Source: Octopus sinensis (taxonomy: Eukaryota). Taken from it: a DNA stretch of 64,000 bases. Positions 50,661 through 63,783 of the stretch are shown one piece after another (within the stretch, counting starts at the first letter, position 1; the number at the start of each line of letters is the position of its first letter). Made by a program: the position numbers and the translations under genes. The stretch lies in NCBI RefSeq assembly GCF_006345805.1, contig NC_042998.1, positions 132,184,001 to 132,248,000 on the forward strand. The letters are read 5' to 3'. Under the pieces are notes generated by a model. The model saw only the letters and a list, made by a program, of their open reading frames with translations, was not told the DNA's origin and did not search any database.

Positions 50661-50679
50661 ATTATTATTATTAAACTTA

Positions 50680-50900
50680 TTATCCTATCACACACTCTGA
50701 CTGTCTTCATCATTTTATCTGCTCCACTGCTAACTTCCCAGAAGAGTTTGTACCTTTGTTCTTTGCCCATGAGCAGTCTAGCTGAGGCTCCTTTCCATCT
50801 TACTTCTTGCACACAGCATACATTTACATGTCTCCATACTATCATTTCAACAACTCATTATGGTGCCTCTAAAGTTGTAGACTTGGGAAGAGTGAAAAGT
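50680..50900 (-). mobile_element. RTE LINE apurinic-endonuclease N-terminal fragment
   Basis: VVEMIVWRHVNVCCVQEVRWKGASARLL...YKLFW: the CxQExRWxG motif of RTE APE. Confidence 0.8.
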
Positions 50901-51562
50901 AACCAAGGGATTGTTTTCAGTATTTGAAAAGAAGATTTTTGGGAGCTCTTGTCAGCAGACAGACCTTGCAAATGTCCTGTGAAACAAGTGTTTGTTACTA
51001 AACAAATTACACTTTACCTCAATTCCACAAAAATTTCAAGGACAAGAACCTGCAAGCAAAGAGGAGAAGAGCAGTTGGAGATAGGGAAGAAGTGAGGGTT
51101 TCTGGTTGGACAATAAATGGTTTTATGTGATGGGGAATCTACGCATGCACATACACATGACACATATATTTTTTATATATATATAAGCATATTCATTCAG
51201 CCTCACATGTACATATGACTAACATACAAATCTGCATATATATATATGTATGTGTAAAGGCACGTGGCCTAGTGGTAAGGCTGTTGCACCCATGATTTTG
51301 ATCATGTGTTTGATTTCCCTGACTGGGTGACACATTGTGCTCTTGAGCAAAACATTTAATTTCACATTACACCAATCTCCTTTTTGATCATGGGGAAACA
51401 TCTGCTTGCTCGCCCAGCCAGCGGTGTGGCGTGATTTGAAGGCTAAAGCAATGCGAAAGCACATTGTGACCAGCAGTATGTAACAATATCTGATAGCCTG
51501 GTTGGTCGTGTGACTACATAATATATTTATCTATCTGTCTGTCTATCTGTTGTATCACCAAT

Positions 51563-51808
51563 TGTTATGGCAATACTTTGTTACACTATAACAGTGTAGT
51601 AACAATAAACACAACGAAACAGAATAACAACAACGTAACAATCCAATAGACTCTATGCAAACTATACATGAACCAACAAACGCTATTACGACTTCCAGCA
51701 ATTAACCAATTAACACCTACTCTATATGTATCTCACTCAGACTGCTACTATTTGTGGTCATTCAGTCAGTCTGTTCTCACAGGGGGTGTCGTGACTCTTA
51801 CCATAACA
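51563..51808 (-). mobile_element. Ty3/Gypsy LTR (246 bp)
   Basis: TGTTATGG...CCATAACA termini; polypurine tract aaaaggggaga immediately upstream on the minus strand (51809-51819). Confidence 0.8.
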
Positions 51809-51869
51809 TCTCCCCTTTTAAGATTTTGATTTCTGTAAGAAACGAAATGTATTTTATTCTATTTTTATC

Positions 51870-52175
51870 ATATTTTTTCTTTTCAGTTCTTTTCCATGTG
51901 TCGGTATCAATAATTGGAATGTCGCTATCAGTATCTAGTTGTAATCTAATATTCACTTAGTTTACTTTTACAAATATACATTTCCTCTTTTTGGTGTCGT
52001 TTCTACTTTCTGTTGAGAAAACTTTAGAGTTTTTTTTTATGTTTGACCTTCCTAACTGCTCTGCAATGTGAGCTCTTGTGTCCTATGTTTTGGCAACTAT
52101 AACACTTCTGCGTTTTGAAAGGACAATCCTTCCCAAAATGTAGGCCTCCACATCTGTAGCATGAGCTTGGTCCTA
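51870..52175 (-). mobile_element. Gypsy gag zinc knuckles and aspartic protease remnant
   Basis: CYRCGGLHFGKDCPFKTQKCYSCQNIGHKSSHC (two knuckles), then FVKVN*VNIRLQLDTDSDIPIIDTDTWK (LDTGS/D protease motif); stops present. Confidence 0.85.
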
Positions 52176-52254
52176 ACACTTGTCTGCATCATTTGAATAT
52201 TTATTCCTTCCCAGTCAACATGATGGTATTGATGATGACGCCAGATGTTGAATT

Positions 52255-52455
52255 TTTGCCTCCATGAGGCCCAACGCTCGGAAGGAACTCAGACCTCCGT
52301 GAGGTCTGTTCAAAAGGCACTCAGCCACTTTGCCTCATGAGGCCCAAACACTCAAGAGGCACTCAGTCACTTTGTCTCCATGAGGCCCAAACACTCAAGA
52401 GGAACTCAGTCACTTTGCCTCCCTGAGGCTTAGTGCTTGAAAGGAACTCAGCCAC
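52255..52455. repeat. ~42-bp tandem repeat, about 5 units
   Basis: actcag recurs at 52287, 52319, 52361, 52404 and 52446; unit ~actcagtcactttgcctccatgaggcccaaacactcaagagg. Confidence 0.85.
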
Positions 52456-52729
52456 CTCATATCTATATAGCCATCTACACATACATACCTTTGGAAGGGG
52501 TAGTTATGAGTTATCATGGGAATGAACATGTATGTCCTTCATAGAGGTGATGATGGTGGAGGATAGTATTGGGCGAACAGGTAAAGAAAAAGGAATAAAT
52601 GGCAAAATTTGAACTGTGGAGGCTGAACCATTCAAACAAGGCAGACAAACAACCTCAAGAAATTGCAGCATGCTGTGCTGTAGCAGGTCTGGCTAACCCA
52701 TGCAAAGATGGGAGAAAGAAAAATATTAT

Positions 52730-52767
<38 letters not shown>

Positions 52768-52921
52768 TGAATTCATGTGTGATCATGTAGAAATTTGTGT
52801 GTGTGTGTGTGTGTGTGTGTGGTAAGCATGTGTATGTGTGTGTGCATGTTTAAGCCGTTCTTAATCTGCATATCTAAATAACCATGAAGTATTTAGTTTG
52901 AAAGCAAACTGTTGATTGATG

Positions 52922-52955
<34 letters not shown>

Positions 52956-52961
52956 TTGTTG

Positions 52962-52993
<32 letters not shown>

Positions 52994-53117
52994 GGTGGAA
53001 GGATGTTTCTTCAAAAGATGCATTGCTGTTGTTAATATGGATGATGATTTGCCTGACCGCTGACATTTTTCTGTATATATTAATCTCAGTCTGTCTATCT
53101 GTCTGTCTCTCTCAAGT

Positions 53118-53149
<32 letters not shown>

Positions 53150-54372
53150 GCTCTCTCTCTCTCTCTCGTTCTGTCTCTCTGTCTCTGCATGAGCGAGTGA
53201 TAGTGTATAGCTATATATATATATATATGCACACATTCAATAATGTGAGCATGTGCTTGTGCGTATGCAATTCAGCGATTAAGCCATCTGAACTTCTGTG
53301 TGTACGTGCACGTTTGCGTAGGTATGTGTACATGTGTATACGTGCACATGCGTGCGTGTGCGTGGTGTGTGTGTGTGTTGATTTTATTATTGACTTGTTG
53401 ATATTATGTATTTGTCTCTGCTTGTGTGTACATACATTGGTGTGGAAGATTAACCACTATATAGTTGTGTGTGTGTGTGTGTCTGTGCATGTGGGTGTTT
53501 GTGTGGAATTTCATGTGTGGTTGTCTGTTCTGTATGCTTGCATGTAAAGAACACACACACAATGTGTGTCTGTTTGTAAATATATATATATATATATATA
53601 TATAAAGTTGCATATGTGTCTCATTAACATCTCTCCACCTACCTACCACCTCTCACTTTATGTCATCAGACTAATTACCTATATTTACATACCTGTAATT
53701 AATCTCTCAATAAACACCCTGCCAGGCTCGTTAGCCAGCAAAAACACTTCTGCTAATACTTAAACCCTGTAATTGTTCTTGTTGTTGTTATTTCATTTTA
53801 AGTTTCATCATCCTGCCTTTTTTACTCTTCCTCCTCCTCCTCTCTTCTTTCTTTCTTTCTTTCTTTCTTTCTTTTTTTTTCTTTGACCTATGTCAGCACG
53901 AAAAATGGTCGCTGAAGCAATGAGGCAAATGCTGCTTGGATTGTATATTGCTTAAGGACAGTACTGATGGATGTTGAAATGTTAGAATGTTACGGTGGTG
54001 ATGTTGAGTACTATGATGATGATGATGATGAAATTGACGACAACAATAATGATCATCATCATCACCATCATCATCATCATCCTCATGAAGATGACGATGT
54101 CTTACACGCTATGCAGCCTAAGAACTAATGGTCTTTTAAGATGATGTGTTTATTATAGAAGTGATGATGATACTGGTGATGACGGCAGTGACGCTGAATC
54201 TTTGCTTTCTTCATCCCTTTTTCTTATCCTCTTTCCATTTTTGCATTCCTATACTTGAATTGTTCTGCCTTTTCGGTGTCTTTTTCTTTTTGTCTTTTCT
54301 TTCATTTTACATGTTTTCTTCTTCTTCTTCCAACCACATCTCTTATAATATTTAATATTTCATTAATTGGTA

Positions 54373-54415
<43 letters not shown>

Positions 54416-54439
54416 TACACACACACACACACACACACG

Positions 54440-54475
<36 letters not shown>

Positions 54476-56800
54476 CAATGTTTATTCTAATTAGAATCAT
54501 GTTCAATAAGGCTAATTATATTAAGATTAATTCCGGTAAGCCAAGGTAGTCATCATCATTATCATCATTATCATTGCTTTGCATTTTATCATTAATTTTA
54601 TTATTATTATTATTATTATTATATTATTATTATTATTATTATTGTTATTATTATGATCATCATCATCATGACTTACCTGAGTTATTTGACCAAAAGATGT
54701 TGGCATAAGTGGACATGTCCAATTTGACAGCTTACTGCTGGACAATTGAGATGATTACATCCTTACAATCTTTTTCTTTCTTGTCCACCACTTATATCTC
54801 CTCCTCCTCCACTTCCTCTCTTTTTCTTCTTTTTCTCCTTCTTTCCTCCTTACCTCCCTCCTCCACCTTCTCTGTTGCGTTCTTGTCATCGCTTTCACTT
54901 TAGCCCATGTTTCTGTATTGTTTGTTCTTTTCAACATGCTTGCATTGATTGGGGGCGAAACATTGTAATAATACATTGAAGGGGATGATGACAATAAATA
55001 GTCCTAAGCACATGCTTCCTCCCGGCCAGAGGTTCAGTTCCCAGTTTGGCAGTTTTACACCTTGTTCCCATAGTTTCAGATAGTAGTTGAATGAATTCAA
55101 ATTCATTCATCTTTTTATCTTTTACTCGTTTCATTCACTAGACTCTGACCATGCTGGGGCACAGGCTTACAGGGTTTTGTTGAACAAATCAACCCTGGTA
55201 TTTATTTATTTTTTAAGCCTGGCAGTTATTCTATCAGTTTCTGTTGCTGAACCACTAAGTTCCCTTTAACTTGGTTCAGCAACACCTGATGTCTAGTGGT
55301 AGTCAGCGACAAACACAAACACAAAGACAGACACATATATATATATACATACATAAAGCAAGTAAAGACTTCTTCCAGTCATGAATGACCATGGGATTGC
55401 ACCTAGAAAGTATAACCAATTTATTGCACATAAATTATAACAGTAAGGTTTTATATGGTACAAAGCCTGCTAGCTCTGAGGAGCAGAGAGTATTATAGTA
55501 GCGATGTAGTTAAAAGAGGAAGAAATTCCAGCCTCTCTGTGCTGCCAGAAGCTGGAATATGTCTGTGAACTCAAAAGACATGTGCTTCAACTATATATAG
55601 GTGGCTGCAGATACAAAGAAGACATGGAAGAGAACTGAATCATCATCATCCTCATCATTTAATGTCTGCTTTCCATGCTGGCATGGGTTGGACAGTTTGA
55701 TATGATGCTGGCCAGCTGGGGGCTGCCCAGACTCCAATTGTCCATTGTGCCTTGGTTCCTAATGCCAACAACTTAACAAAGTATGCTGGGTGATTTTTAT
55801 GTGCCACCAGCATAGGGGCGTTCATGCAGCACCAGCATAGGTGACTTTTATGTAGCACCAGCACCTGAAAGGATAGGCCTGTATGTGTGGAAGACAGCAA
55901 TTTTACTTGGTTTGATGCATCTTAACAAGTACAGCAAATTGCCACACCTCCCAGTTCTTTGTCATTTCCTTAGTGAGGCCCAGCATCTGGAGATCCTTTC
56001 TCACCACTTTGTTCCATGTCTTTCTGGGTCTATCCTTTCCACAAGTACCCTCAAATCCACAAGTATGAGTTGACCTCTTCTTATGTGAGTCACTACATCA
56101 CTGGAACGACCACTCCCTGAAATTCATTAATTACATGAAATACTATACGACAATATTCTAAAATGGCTTTATTTTTTAATTCTCAATTGTTTATAGCCTT
56201 GGGTCAACTCTGACTAAGTAGACCTGTGATCAAAGGCATTGAAACATGACCATCCAACCTTTTCAGGGATATCTATCTCATGCTATGTGGAGGCACATGG
56301 TTTAGTGGTTAGGGTGTTGAACTCATGATCATAAGGTTGTGGTTTCAATTCCTGGACTAGGTGACATGTGTTCTTGAGTAAAACACTTAATTTCACATTG
56401 CCCCAGACCACTCAGCTGGCAAAAATGAGTAATCCTACGACAGACCAGCATACCAGCCAAGTGGGGGGATTTAGGAGCCATGGAAACCGGTAAACCAGCC
56501 CAGTGAGTCTCTATGAGTCAGGAAGGATCTTTACCCTCTTTATCCTTTCTATGTCCAGCTATATTATTCAACATATCCTTTAATTTTTACAAAACATAAG
56601 GGTGTGATTTCAGGGAGATCTGGCACATTAGTGGCACCCTCTTTTGCTTGGTGCTCACAGTTTGACCAAAGGCAGCATTGCCTTTTGTGATTTTGTGGTC
56701 AATAAAATAAGTACGAGTTGTACATGTAATCGACTTACTCCTCCCCTCTCCTAAATTTAGTGTCCTTGTGCCAACATTTGAAACATTGTTGTCGTTGTTA

Positions 56801-56838
<38 letters not shown>

Positions 56839-57215
56839 GTATGAAAACTCACAGTTTATTTGGCTGGGTATGATAGAAAGTGTCAGTCGTCCACAGCCAG
56901 CAGACTAAGGTGACACTTGTTAATAGGTCATGCTTCAAAAACCCTGCCAAGAATTCTTGCAGTTCCAAGCAATGCTGATTTTTGTAGGTGTTCTACCTTC
57001 ACACTTGCATCAGTCTTTTCAGCCATGTTGGTAGTTGATACTTTCAAGTGCACCAGTTACTCTTGGTATCACGTCTTCTCTCTTCATTGATCACAACCTT
57101 CATATTTCCCACTTCAAATCATCATAGTTGTTTATTTTTTCATCTTTCACATTGATCCTGTTGTCACCAGGGCATGCTGTGTTGATAATCATATATGTCA
57201 CTTGGGCATGCTATA
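56839..57215 (-). mobile_element. R4/Dong-clade LINE 3' fragment inside a (TAA)n microsatellite
   Basis: IINTACPGDNRINVKDEK..NYDDLKWEI.RL...VIP.VTGAL...HLQKSALLGTARILGRVF; (TTA)n tracts on both sides. Confidence 0.85.
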
Positions 57216-57218
57216 TCG

Positions 57219-57219
<1 letters not shown>

Positions 57220-57281
<62 letters not shown>

Positions 57282-57286
57282 TGTTA

Positions 57287-57323
<37 letters not shown>

Positions 57324-57339
57324 ATTATTATTATTATTA

Positions 57340-57375
<36 letters not shown>

Positions 57376-57416
57376 TGTTATTATTATTACTATTGTTATC
57401 ATTATTATTATTACTA

Positions 57417-57453
<37 letters not shown>

Positions 57454-57490
57454 GTTGTTGCTATTGTTATTATTATTATCATCATTTTTA
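57220..57490. repeat. (TTA)n microsatellite
   Basis: Directly visible. Confidence 0.95.
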
Positions 57491-57794
57491 TTATTGATTT
57501 AATTCCTTGTTTATTTCAAGCAGACCTAAAGATCAAAGGCATACCATACCCCACAGTCAACTTAAGAGTGTGATTTGAGGGAACTTGACTGCTATTTCTA
57601 TAAGGTTGAGTGACTGCCTAGAAACTCTCACATAGATTTAGTTAAAGGACAAAGAGCTAAGCTAAATACTGCTAATCACCTTAATTGTCTATAATTATAC
57701 ACAGCTACTAAAACAGTTTTCTGTTAATGCGCCGTGACAGATCTTTGTTGTACAGCTGAGGGCTTGCCCCATTTAACCCTTTCACCTGTATATG

Positions 57795-57840
<46 letters not shown>

Positions 57841-57926
57841 TGCAGAACATTAAAGGGGTGTGATTGTTACCTTGGGTAGAAGGAAAGAGTATAAAGACAG
57901 AGAGCAAAAAGGACAGACTGTAAGAG

Positions 57927-58180
57927 ATCATCATCATCATTATCGTTTAATGTCTGCTTTCCATGCTAGCATGAGTTGGACGATTTGACTGAGGACTGGC
58001 GAACCAGATGGCTGCACCAGGCTCTAATCTTGATCTGGCAGAGTTTCTACAGCTGGATCCCCTTCCTAACACCAACCACTCTGAGAGTGTAATGGGTGCT
58101 TTTACGTGCCACCGGCACGGGGGCCAGTCAGGTGGTACTGGCAATGGCCATGCTCAACTGGTGTTTTTTACATGCCAAAA
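57927..58180 (-). mobile_element. Young RTE 3' UTR fragment
   Basis: catcatcattatcgtttaatgtctgctttccatgctagcatg...cttttacgtgccaccggcacgggggccagtc. Confidence 0.85.
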
Positions 58181-58764
58181 GGGCTACTGTTGCCTATACC
58201 TAAGTCAGCCCTGATTGAGCAAATCCTAGCTAAGACATTCCAGTTGTGGCAATGCTGCCTTTCTACCAGACACAGTGAACTCCTGACTATATTATTGAAT
58301 GTGTTCATTTCTAAGGCACTTCCATATAATTTGGAAGGGCTTTGGCTGCTCTTTCTAGCGTTTTGAAGAATCCTATTGAAGCTCTTGAAAATAGCATGTT
58401 TTGGAGAGTGTTAGATTGAAGTGCTTGTAATATGAAATGTTCTACTAGAAATTGTACAATGGTTGATTATGGAGACATCTGGTTGGATACGTTGTGAAAG
58501 CTTGACATGTATCTTATATATTGAGTCACAAAACTCTTAAATACTTCCCTAAACCTATAGCAGTTAGTCTATGCTTTGCTGAGGAGTTGTAATAACTCTG
58601 AGACATGCTTGTAGTAGTGTCTGTGTTACTGAAGATCAAAGTCACCATTAACTGTATTTCATATTTAGTTAAGTTAACGATAATTATTTAAAATACTTGC
58701 ATTAGTGCCCACTTTACTATTATTATGTTTTGTATGCAGCTTGGGTATTTATTGTCTTTATATA

Positions 58765-59340
58765 TTCTTTTATTCTGTTTCAATCATTTGACTCTGACCA
58801 TGCTGGAGCACCATCTTAAAAGGTTTTAGTCGAAGAAATTGACCCCAGGACTTATTCTTTGTAAGCCTAATACATATTCTATAGGGCTCTTTTGCTGAAC
58901 TGCCAAGTTGCAGGGATATAAACACACCAACATCGGTTGTCAAATGATGGTGGAAGGGGCCAAACATGGACACAAAGACACCCCCCCCACACACACACAC
59001 ATACGTACACACACATGACGGGCTTCTTTCAGTATCCAGCTGCCAAATCCACTCACAAGGAGGTGCCACACACTGGAACTGAACCCAGAACCATGTGGTT
59101 AGGGAGCAAGCTTCTTACCACATGGTCTCATGCATCTTTTATGTTTTATTTGTTTCAACCATTGAACTGTGGCCATGCTGGAGCAGAGCCATTAAAAGTT
59201 TAGCTGAGCAAACTGACCATAGTACTTATTTTTGAGCCTGGTGCTTATTCAGTCTCTTTTGCTGAATTACTAAGTCACAGGGATGTAAACAAACCAACAC
59301 TGCTTGTCAAACAGAAGTGTGGGTGCAAACACAAGTACAC
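58765..59340 (-). mobile_element. Two tandem CpG-decayed SINE family A copies
   Basis: 58765-59120 and 59140-59340 match the A consensus with CG to TG/CA changes. Confidence 0.8.
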
Positions 59341-59904
59341 ACATGCACACATACATTAGATGTACAACTGCTACTTGTTAAGCTTAGAGCTCTACATAGA
59401 GTACCATCATACTTTCTGCTCCCAGTATAGTGGTTTGGTTATTACTCTACTTAGTTGTATTACTGGTATACAGTATGCAGAGCAAATGTGTGTGTGTGTG
59501 TGTGTGTATACAGACATATTTACAATAGGCTTCCACTTGGTTTCTGTCTACCAAATTGATCCATGAAACATTGATTGGCTGTGGTACAGTAGAAGACACA
59601 CATGTATGGGTGTATTGAACTAGTGCTTAGCACCATAAAATATACACTCACTGACCTTAAGTGTTCAGTTGTTTAACATGTCACTAAATTCCTTTATATT
59701 GTTATTGTTACTTCACAGATCTTTGTTTTTGTTCTTCTCAATACATATTCATACATACATACCCCCACCATTTATATATATATATATATATACACTTACA
59801 CATATGCATACATATATGATACATTAACAACTATATAATAATATATCATAATAAAATATATACTCTGATTTAAAGCGATATTTATCTAAATATTCACTGA
59901 AAAA

Positions 59905-59995
59905 TGATGAGCTAACTCAGGTCAGAATCAAACCCATAAATCAATGCTTACATGGCTCCTTGCGCATCCACTTGGGCCAACATGCTCACCCATCG
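59905..59995 (-). mobile_element. Degenerate tRNA-derived SINE head
   Basis: Minus strand tggcccaagtgg (A-box-like) and gggtttgattct (B-box-like). A similar reversed head lies at ~48795-48870. Confidence 0.4.
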
Positions 59996-60045
59996 AATTC
60001 AGCCAAATTATCTGGATAGGTACATAACTGTCTAATACTACATAA

Positions 60046-60152
60046 AATATTTGTAAACAAACCCGAAAGCTTTGTAAGTCTTTGTAGAAAAGACTTTCAT
60101 AGTCACTCTTTCTCTGGAACTTACAAAGGCTTTGGGTTTGTTTGCAAATATT
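60046..60152. repeat. 107-nt imperfect hairpin
   Basis: aatatttgtaaacaaacccgaaagctttgtaagt / acttacaaaggctttgggtttgtttgcaaatatt. Confidence 0.8.
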
Positions 60153-60289
60153 GTACATATATATATGTATAGTGTACTGTTCCGTGATGGTAAGATCAAC
60201 AAAAAAGTACTCCATCCCATCAGATATTATATTGTGTTTATTAAATTATATATGTGTGTGTGTCTACATAAAGCCAATCATAGAATTGG

Positions 60290-60445
60290 CCATTAAAAGG
60301 GTGAGGCGTTAGGAAGGGCATCCAGCTGTAGAAACACTGCCAGATCAGACTGGAACCTGGTGCAGCCTCCTGGCTTCCCAGACCCCAGTCAGATGGTCCA
60401 ACCCATGCTAGCATGGATAACGGACGTTAAACGATGATGATGATG
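60290..60445 (+). mobile_element. Young RTE 3' UTR fragment
   Basis: ggcgttaggaagggcatccagctgtagaaac...cggacgttaaacgatgatgatgat. Another copy at 61820-62065(+). Confidence 0.85.
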
Positions 60446-60784
60446 TGTGTGTATATATATATATATATATGTATATGTATATGTATATTTATATGTTTAT
60501 GTATATTTATATATATATGTATATTTATATATATATTTATAAATGTATATATATTTATATATGTATATTTATATATATATGTATAGACATTTGCATGTGT
60601 GTGATTGAAATGTGCTTCTGTATTATAGAATATTAATATTGGAGTTAAGTCTTGGAGTATTTTAAGAAATTTATGTAAATGCCAAACTGAACTACAGGTA
60701 CTGAGACATTCTTGGGTTTTCTTCAGGATAATGTGTTCAGTCTGTCACAAGACTTTCTTCCTTAATGCATCAAGCAGGAGCTAC

Positions 60785-60965
60785 TGCTGCTGCAGTAGTA
60801 GTAGTAGTAGTAGTAGTAGTAATAGTAGTAGTAACGGTGGTGGTGAAATAGTAGTAGTAGTAACGGTGGTGAAATAGTAGTAGTAGTAACGGTGGGGGTG
60901 AAATAGTAGTAGTAGTAGCAATGGTGGTGGTGGTGGTCATAGTGGCAGTTCTTGTGGTAGTAACA
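60785..60965. repeat. (TAG)n microsatellite with ~29-bp higher-order units
   Basis: taacggtggtg(g)aaatagtagtagtag occurs three times. Confidence 0.85.
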
Positions 60966-62085
60966 ACCATGATAGTGGTAGTTGTAACCAAGATGGTAGT
61001 GATCTTGATAAAGTGTTAGTGTTAGTCATGTTAATGTTGGAAACAAATTCTAGAATTTTATTTTTATTATATTTATTTTGATTTACTTTTTTTTTTTGCC
61101 TGTGACCTGGCACTAACCCCTTTTTTTTACCCTGTTAATATTTCCTGTATTATTTTCTCTCTTCTCCTATCAGTTCTCTTATTAACCATTTCTGAGCTAC
61201 TAATGGGTCTCTGGATTTTCTCTCTGCATATGTACGTGTGTATTTGTGTGTGTGTGTGTATGTGTGTATGTATGTATGTATATGGGTACTTGCATACAAA
61301 TTTTTGCACATTCTTATTCTATGCCTGGGTGTATGTGCTTGTTGACAGAGTGAATTATGTGTGTTATGTATTGAAATATATCTCATTGCAAAGAATGAAA
61401 ACACACACTCACCTATACACGTAAATGTGTATGTATGTGTGAATATATTTGTATTTGTGTGACATTCTATATATTTATATACATACATACACATATATTA
61501 TATTTATATATATATATATCTGTGTGTTTGTGTTACAAAAGGTGTGTGTATATTGCAAATATGTGTGCATATATGCACATATGCATGTACTTGCCCACCT
61601 TCTTAACTACCTTTCTGTCTATCTAAACATATACATACACACATATATATGAATGTATAAATACACACACTCACATCACATGCACACACAGATACATAAA
61701 TCATATGTATATATTCATATATATTATATATATATATGTATGTATACATCTATTTGTTTTCTACATTGAAGCTAGTTATAGGTTTGCTTTTTGTGCATAG
61801 GTTTGCTTGTCTATCCGAATGTGGCCAACGCCAGCTCCGCTTTGACTGCCGGTGGCACGTAAAAATCATTGCCAGCCTCCCCTGGCACGTAAAAAGCACC
61901 CACTACACTCATGGAGTGGTTGGCGTTAGGAAGTGCATCCAGCTGTAGAAACTCTGCCAGATCAGACTGGGGCCTGGTGTGGCCTCCTGGCTTCCCAGAC
62001 CCCAGTCGAACCGTCCAACCCATGCTAGCTTGGAAAATGGACATTAAACAATGATAATGATGATATATATATATATATATATATA

Positions 62086-62281
62086 GGGAGAGTTTACAAA
62101 AAAAAACAAAAGATGAAGACAGGTAGTGAACAAAACAAACAGATGTATTAGTAAAACACTCAGGAATAGAAAGTTTTTTTTTACGTTTCGAGCCTACGCT
62201 CATCTACAGAAAGGGATACAGAAAAAACATGGAGAGAAACAAGGACAGAAAAAAATGTGTGTAGTGGCTAACGATCTATCA
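62086..62281 (-). mobile_element. (TA)n-anchored HHR-bearing element, family 1 (HHR motif 62178-62213)
   Basis: Homologous to 12201-12380; minus strand CTTT CTGTAGA T GAGC-GTAG-GCTC GAAA CG TA AAAA. Confidence 0.75.
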
Positions 62282-63604
62282 TATATATATATGCTTACCT
62301 GCATGCTGGAAATGCATTTGAATCTGAGTCCTAATTCTGTTCCCTACCAAAGTGTGGGTACACACAACACATGCATATAAATGTATGCAAGTGCACGTGA
62401 AACATTTATAAAGCTAGATGACTTTCTAGATCCAATGTCACAGTGGTTACAAGAAATTCAATTTAGTTTTTATTATAGCTATTACACTGTGACCTTGGAT
62501 AGTAATACTTGTATCGTTCCTTGCATCAGTGTGTCTGAAAAAAGATTGCAAGTGAAAACTGTGTGTGTGTGCACATGTGTGCATATGTATGTGCATATCT
62601 GTCTGTCTTGTTAGAAGCTGAAGCACTCATGAATTGCTTTACCAAGTTTCACGTTACCAATTAATGAATTAATTGGAAAAGAAATGCAGTGTGGTAATAT
62701 ATAAGCAAAATTATTCATAAGCATGTCAAAATATAGATTCATCGTTAAAACTTGATTGGTTGTGAAAAAAAAAAGAAGAAAAGAAAAGAAAACCGTTACA
62801 AAATGCATCACACGTTTATCTGCTAAGTTATCACATCCGGAACATGTGATATATTCATTCATACTCATGCAAAATAATATCATATGTGTAAAACACACAA
62901 AAGCAGGGTATTTCATTAATACAGTTTAAGTGTTGAGAAATAACATGGTTTTGAGTTCAGTTCAGCTGTGTGATTCTATGGGCAAGTATCTTCTACTGTA
63001 GCCCCAGATTGATCAAAGCCTTGTGAGTAGATCTGGCGGATGGAAACTGAAAGAAACCCATCAGATACATACATACATACATAGCATTATCATCATCACC
63101 ATCATCATTTAATGTCTATTTTCTTGGCTGGCATGGACTGGACAGTTTAACTGGGGCTGGTCAGCTGGAGAGCTGCCTGGATTCCATTTCTCTGTTTTGG
63201 CATGGTTTTTATGAAGGCTCTTCCTGTCTATCTGTCTGTCTGTGTGTCTGTCTGTCTATCTATAAGATAGATAGATAGACAGATATGTGTATGTGTGTGA
63301 TTATATGCAGTTGTTATAAACTTGTATCACCATCATACAAGCAGTGTCATTTATTTCTAATTTTCTGAAAACATCTGAGCATTGGAGAATATTACCTCAT
63401 CTGGAAACAGATAATGAATCTGGCTGCAGAAAAAAATTTACTACACTAGATTATGTCTGAAAGTAAAAAGCACCTACTACACTCTCAGAGTGGTTGGCAT
63501 TAGTAAGAGCATCCAGCTGTAGAAACCTTGCCAGATCAGATTGGAGCCTGGTGCAGCATACTGTCTTGCCAGTCCTCTAAAATAGGGAGTTACTTTTCAC
63601 ACAC

Positions 63605-63642
<38 letters not shown>

Positions 63643-63752
63643 CCACATACAAATATATATATATATATATATACCGTCCAACCCATGCTAGCATGGAGAA
63701 CGGACGTTAAACGATGATGATGATGATGATATACACACCCACATACAAATAA

Positions 63753-63783
<31 letters not shown>

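Noticed and set aside
52255-52455. CRISPR-like periodicity
   Set aside because: Units are contiguous tandem repeats with no unique spacers; eukaryotic context; no cas genes.
52912-53547. 211-aa ORF with poly-V/G/C/W runs
   Set aside because: Composed of (GTT)n, (GGT)n, (CT)n and (GT)n simple repeats.
53967-54128. ~53-aa Asp/His-rich ORF (MDVEMLECYGG...[15 protein letters not shown])
   Set aside because: Built from (GAT)n/(CAT)n microsatellites, which are common throughout this window.
62428-62500. Pre-miRNA-sized hairpin (atccaa-gtcacagtg / cactgtgac-ttggat)
   Set aside because: Only about 15 bp of good stem with a large poorly paired loop.
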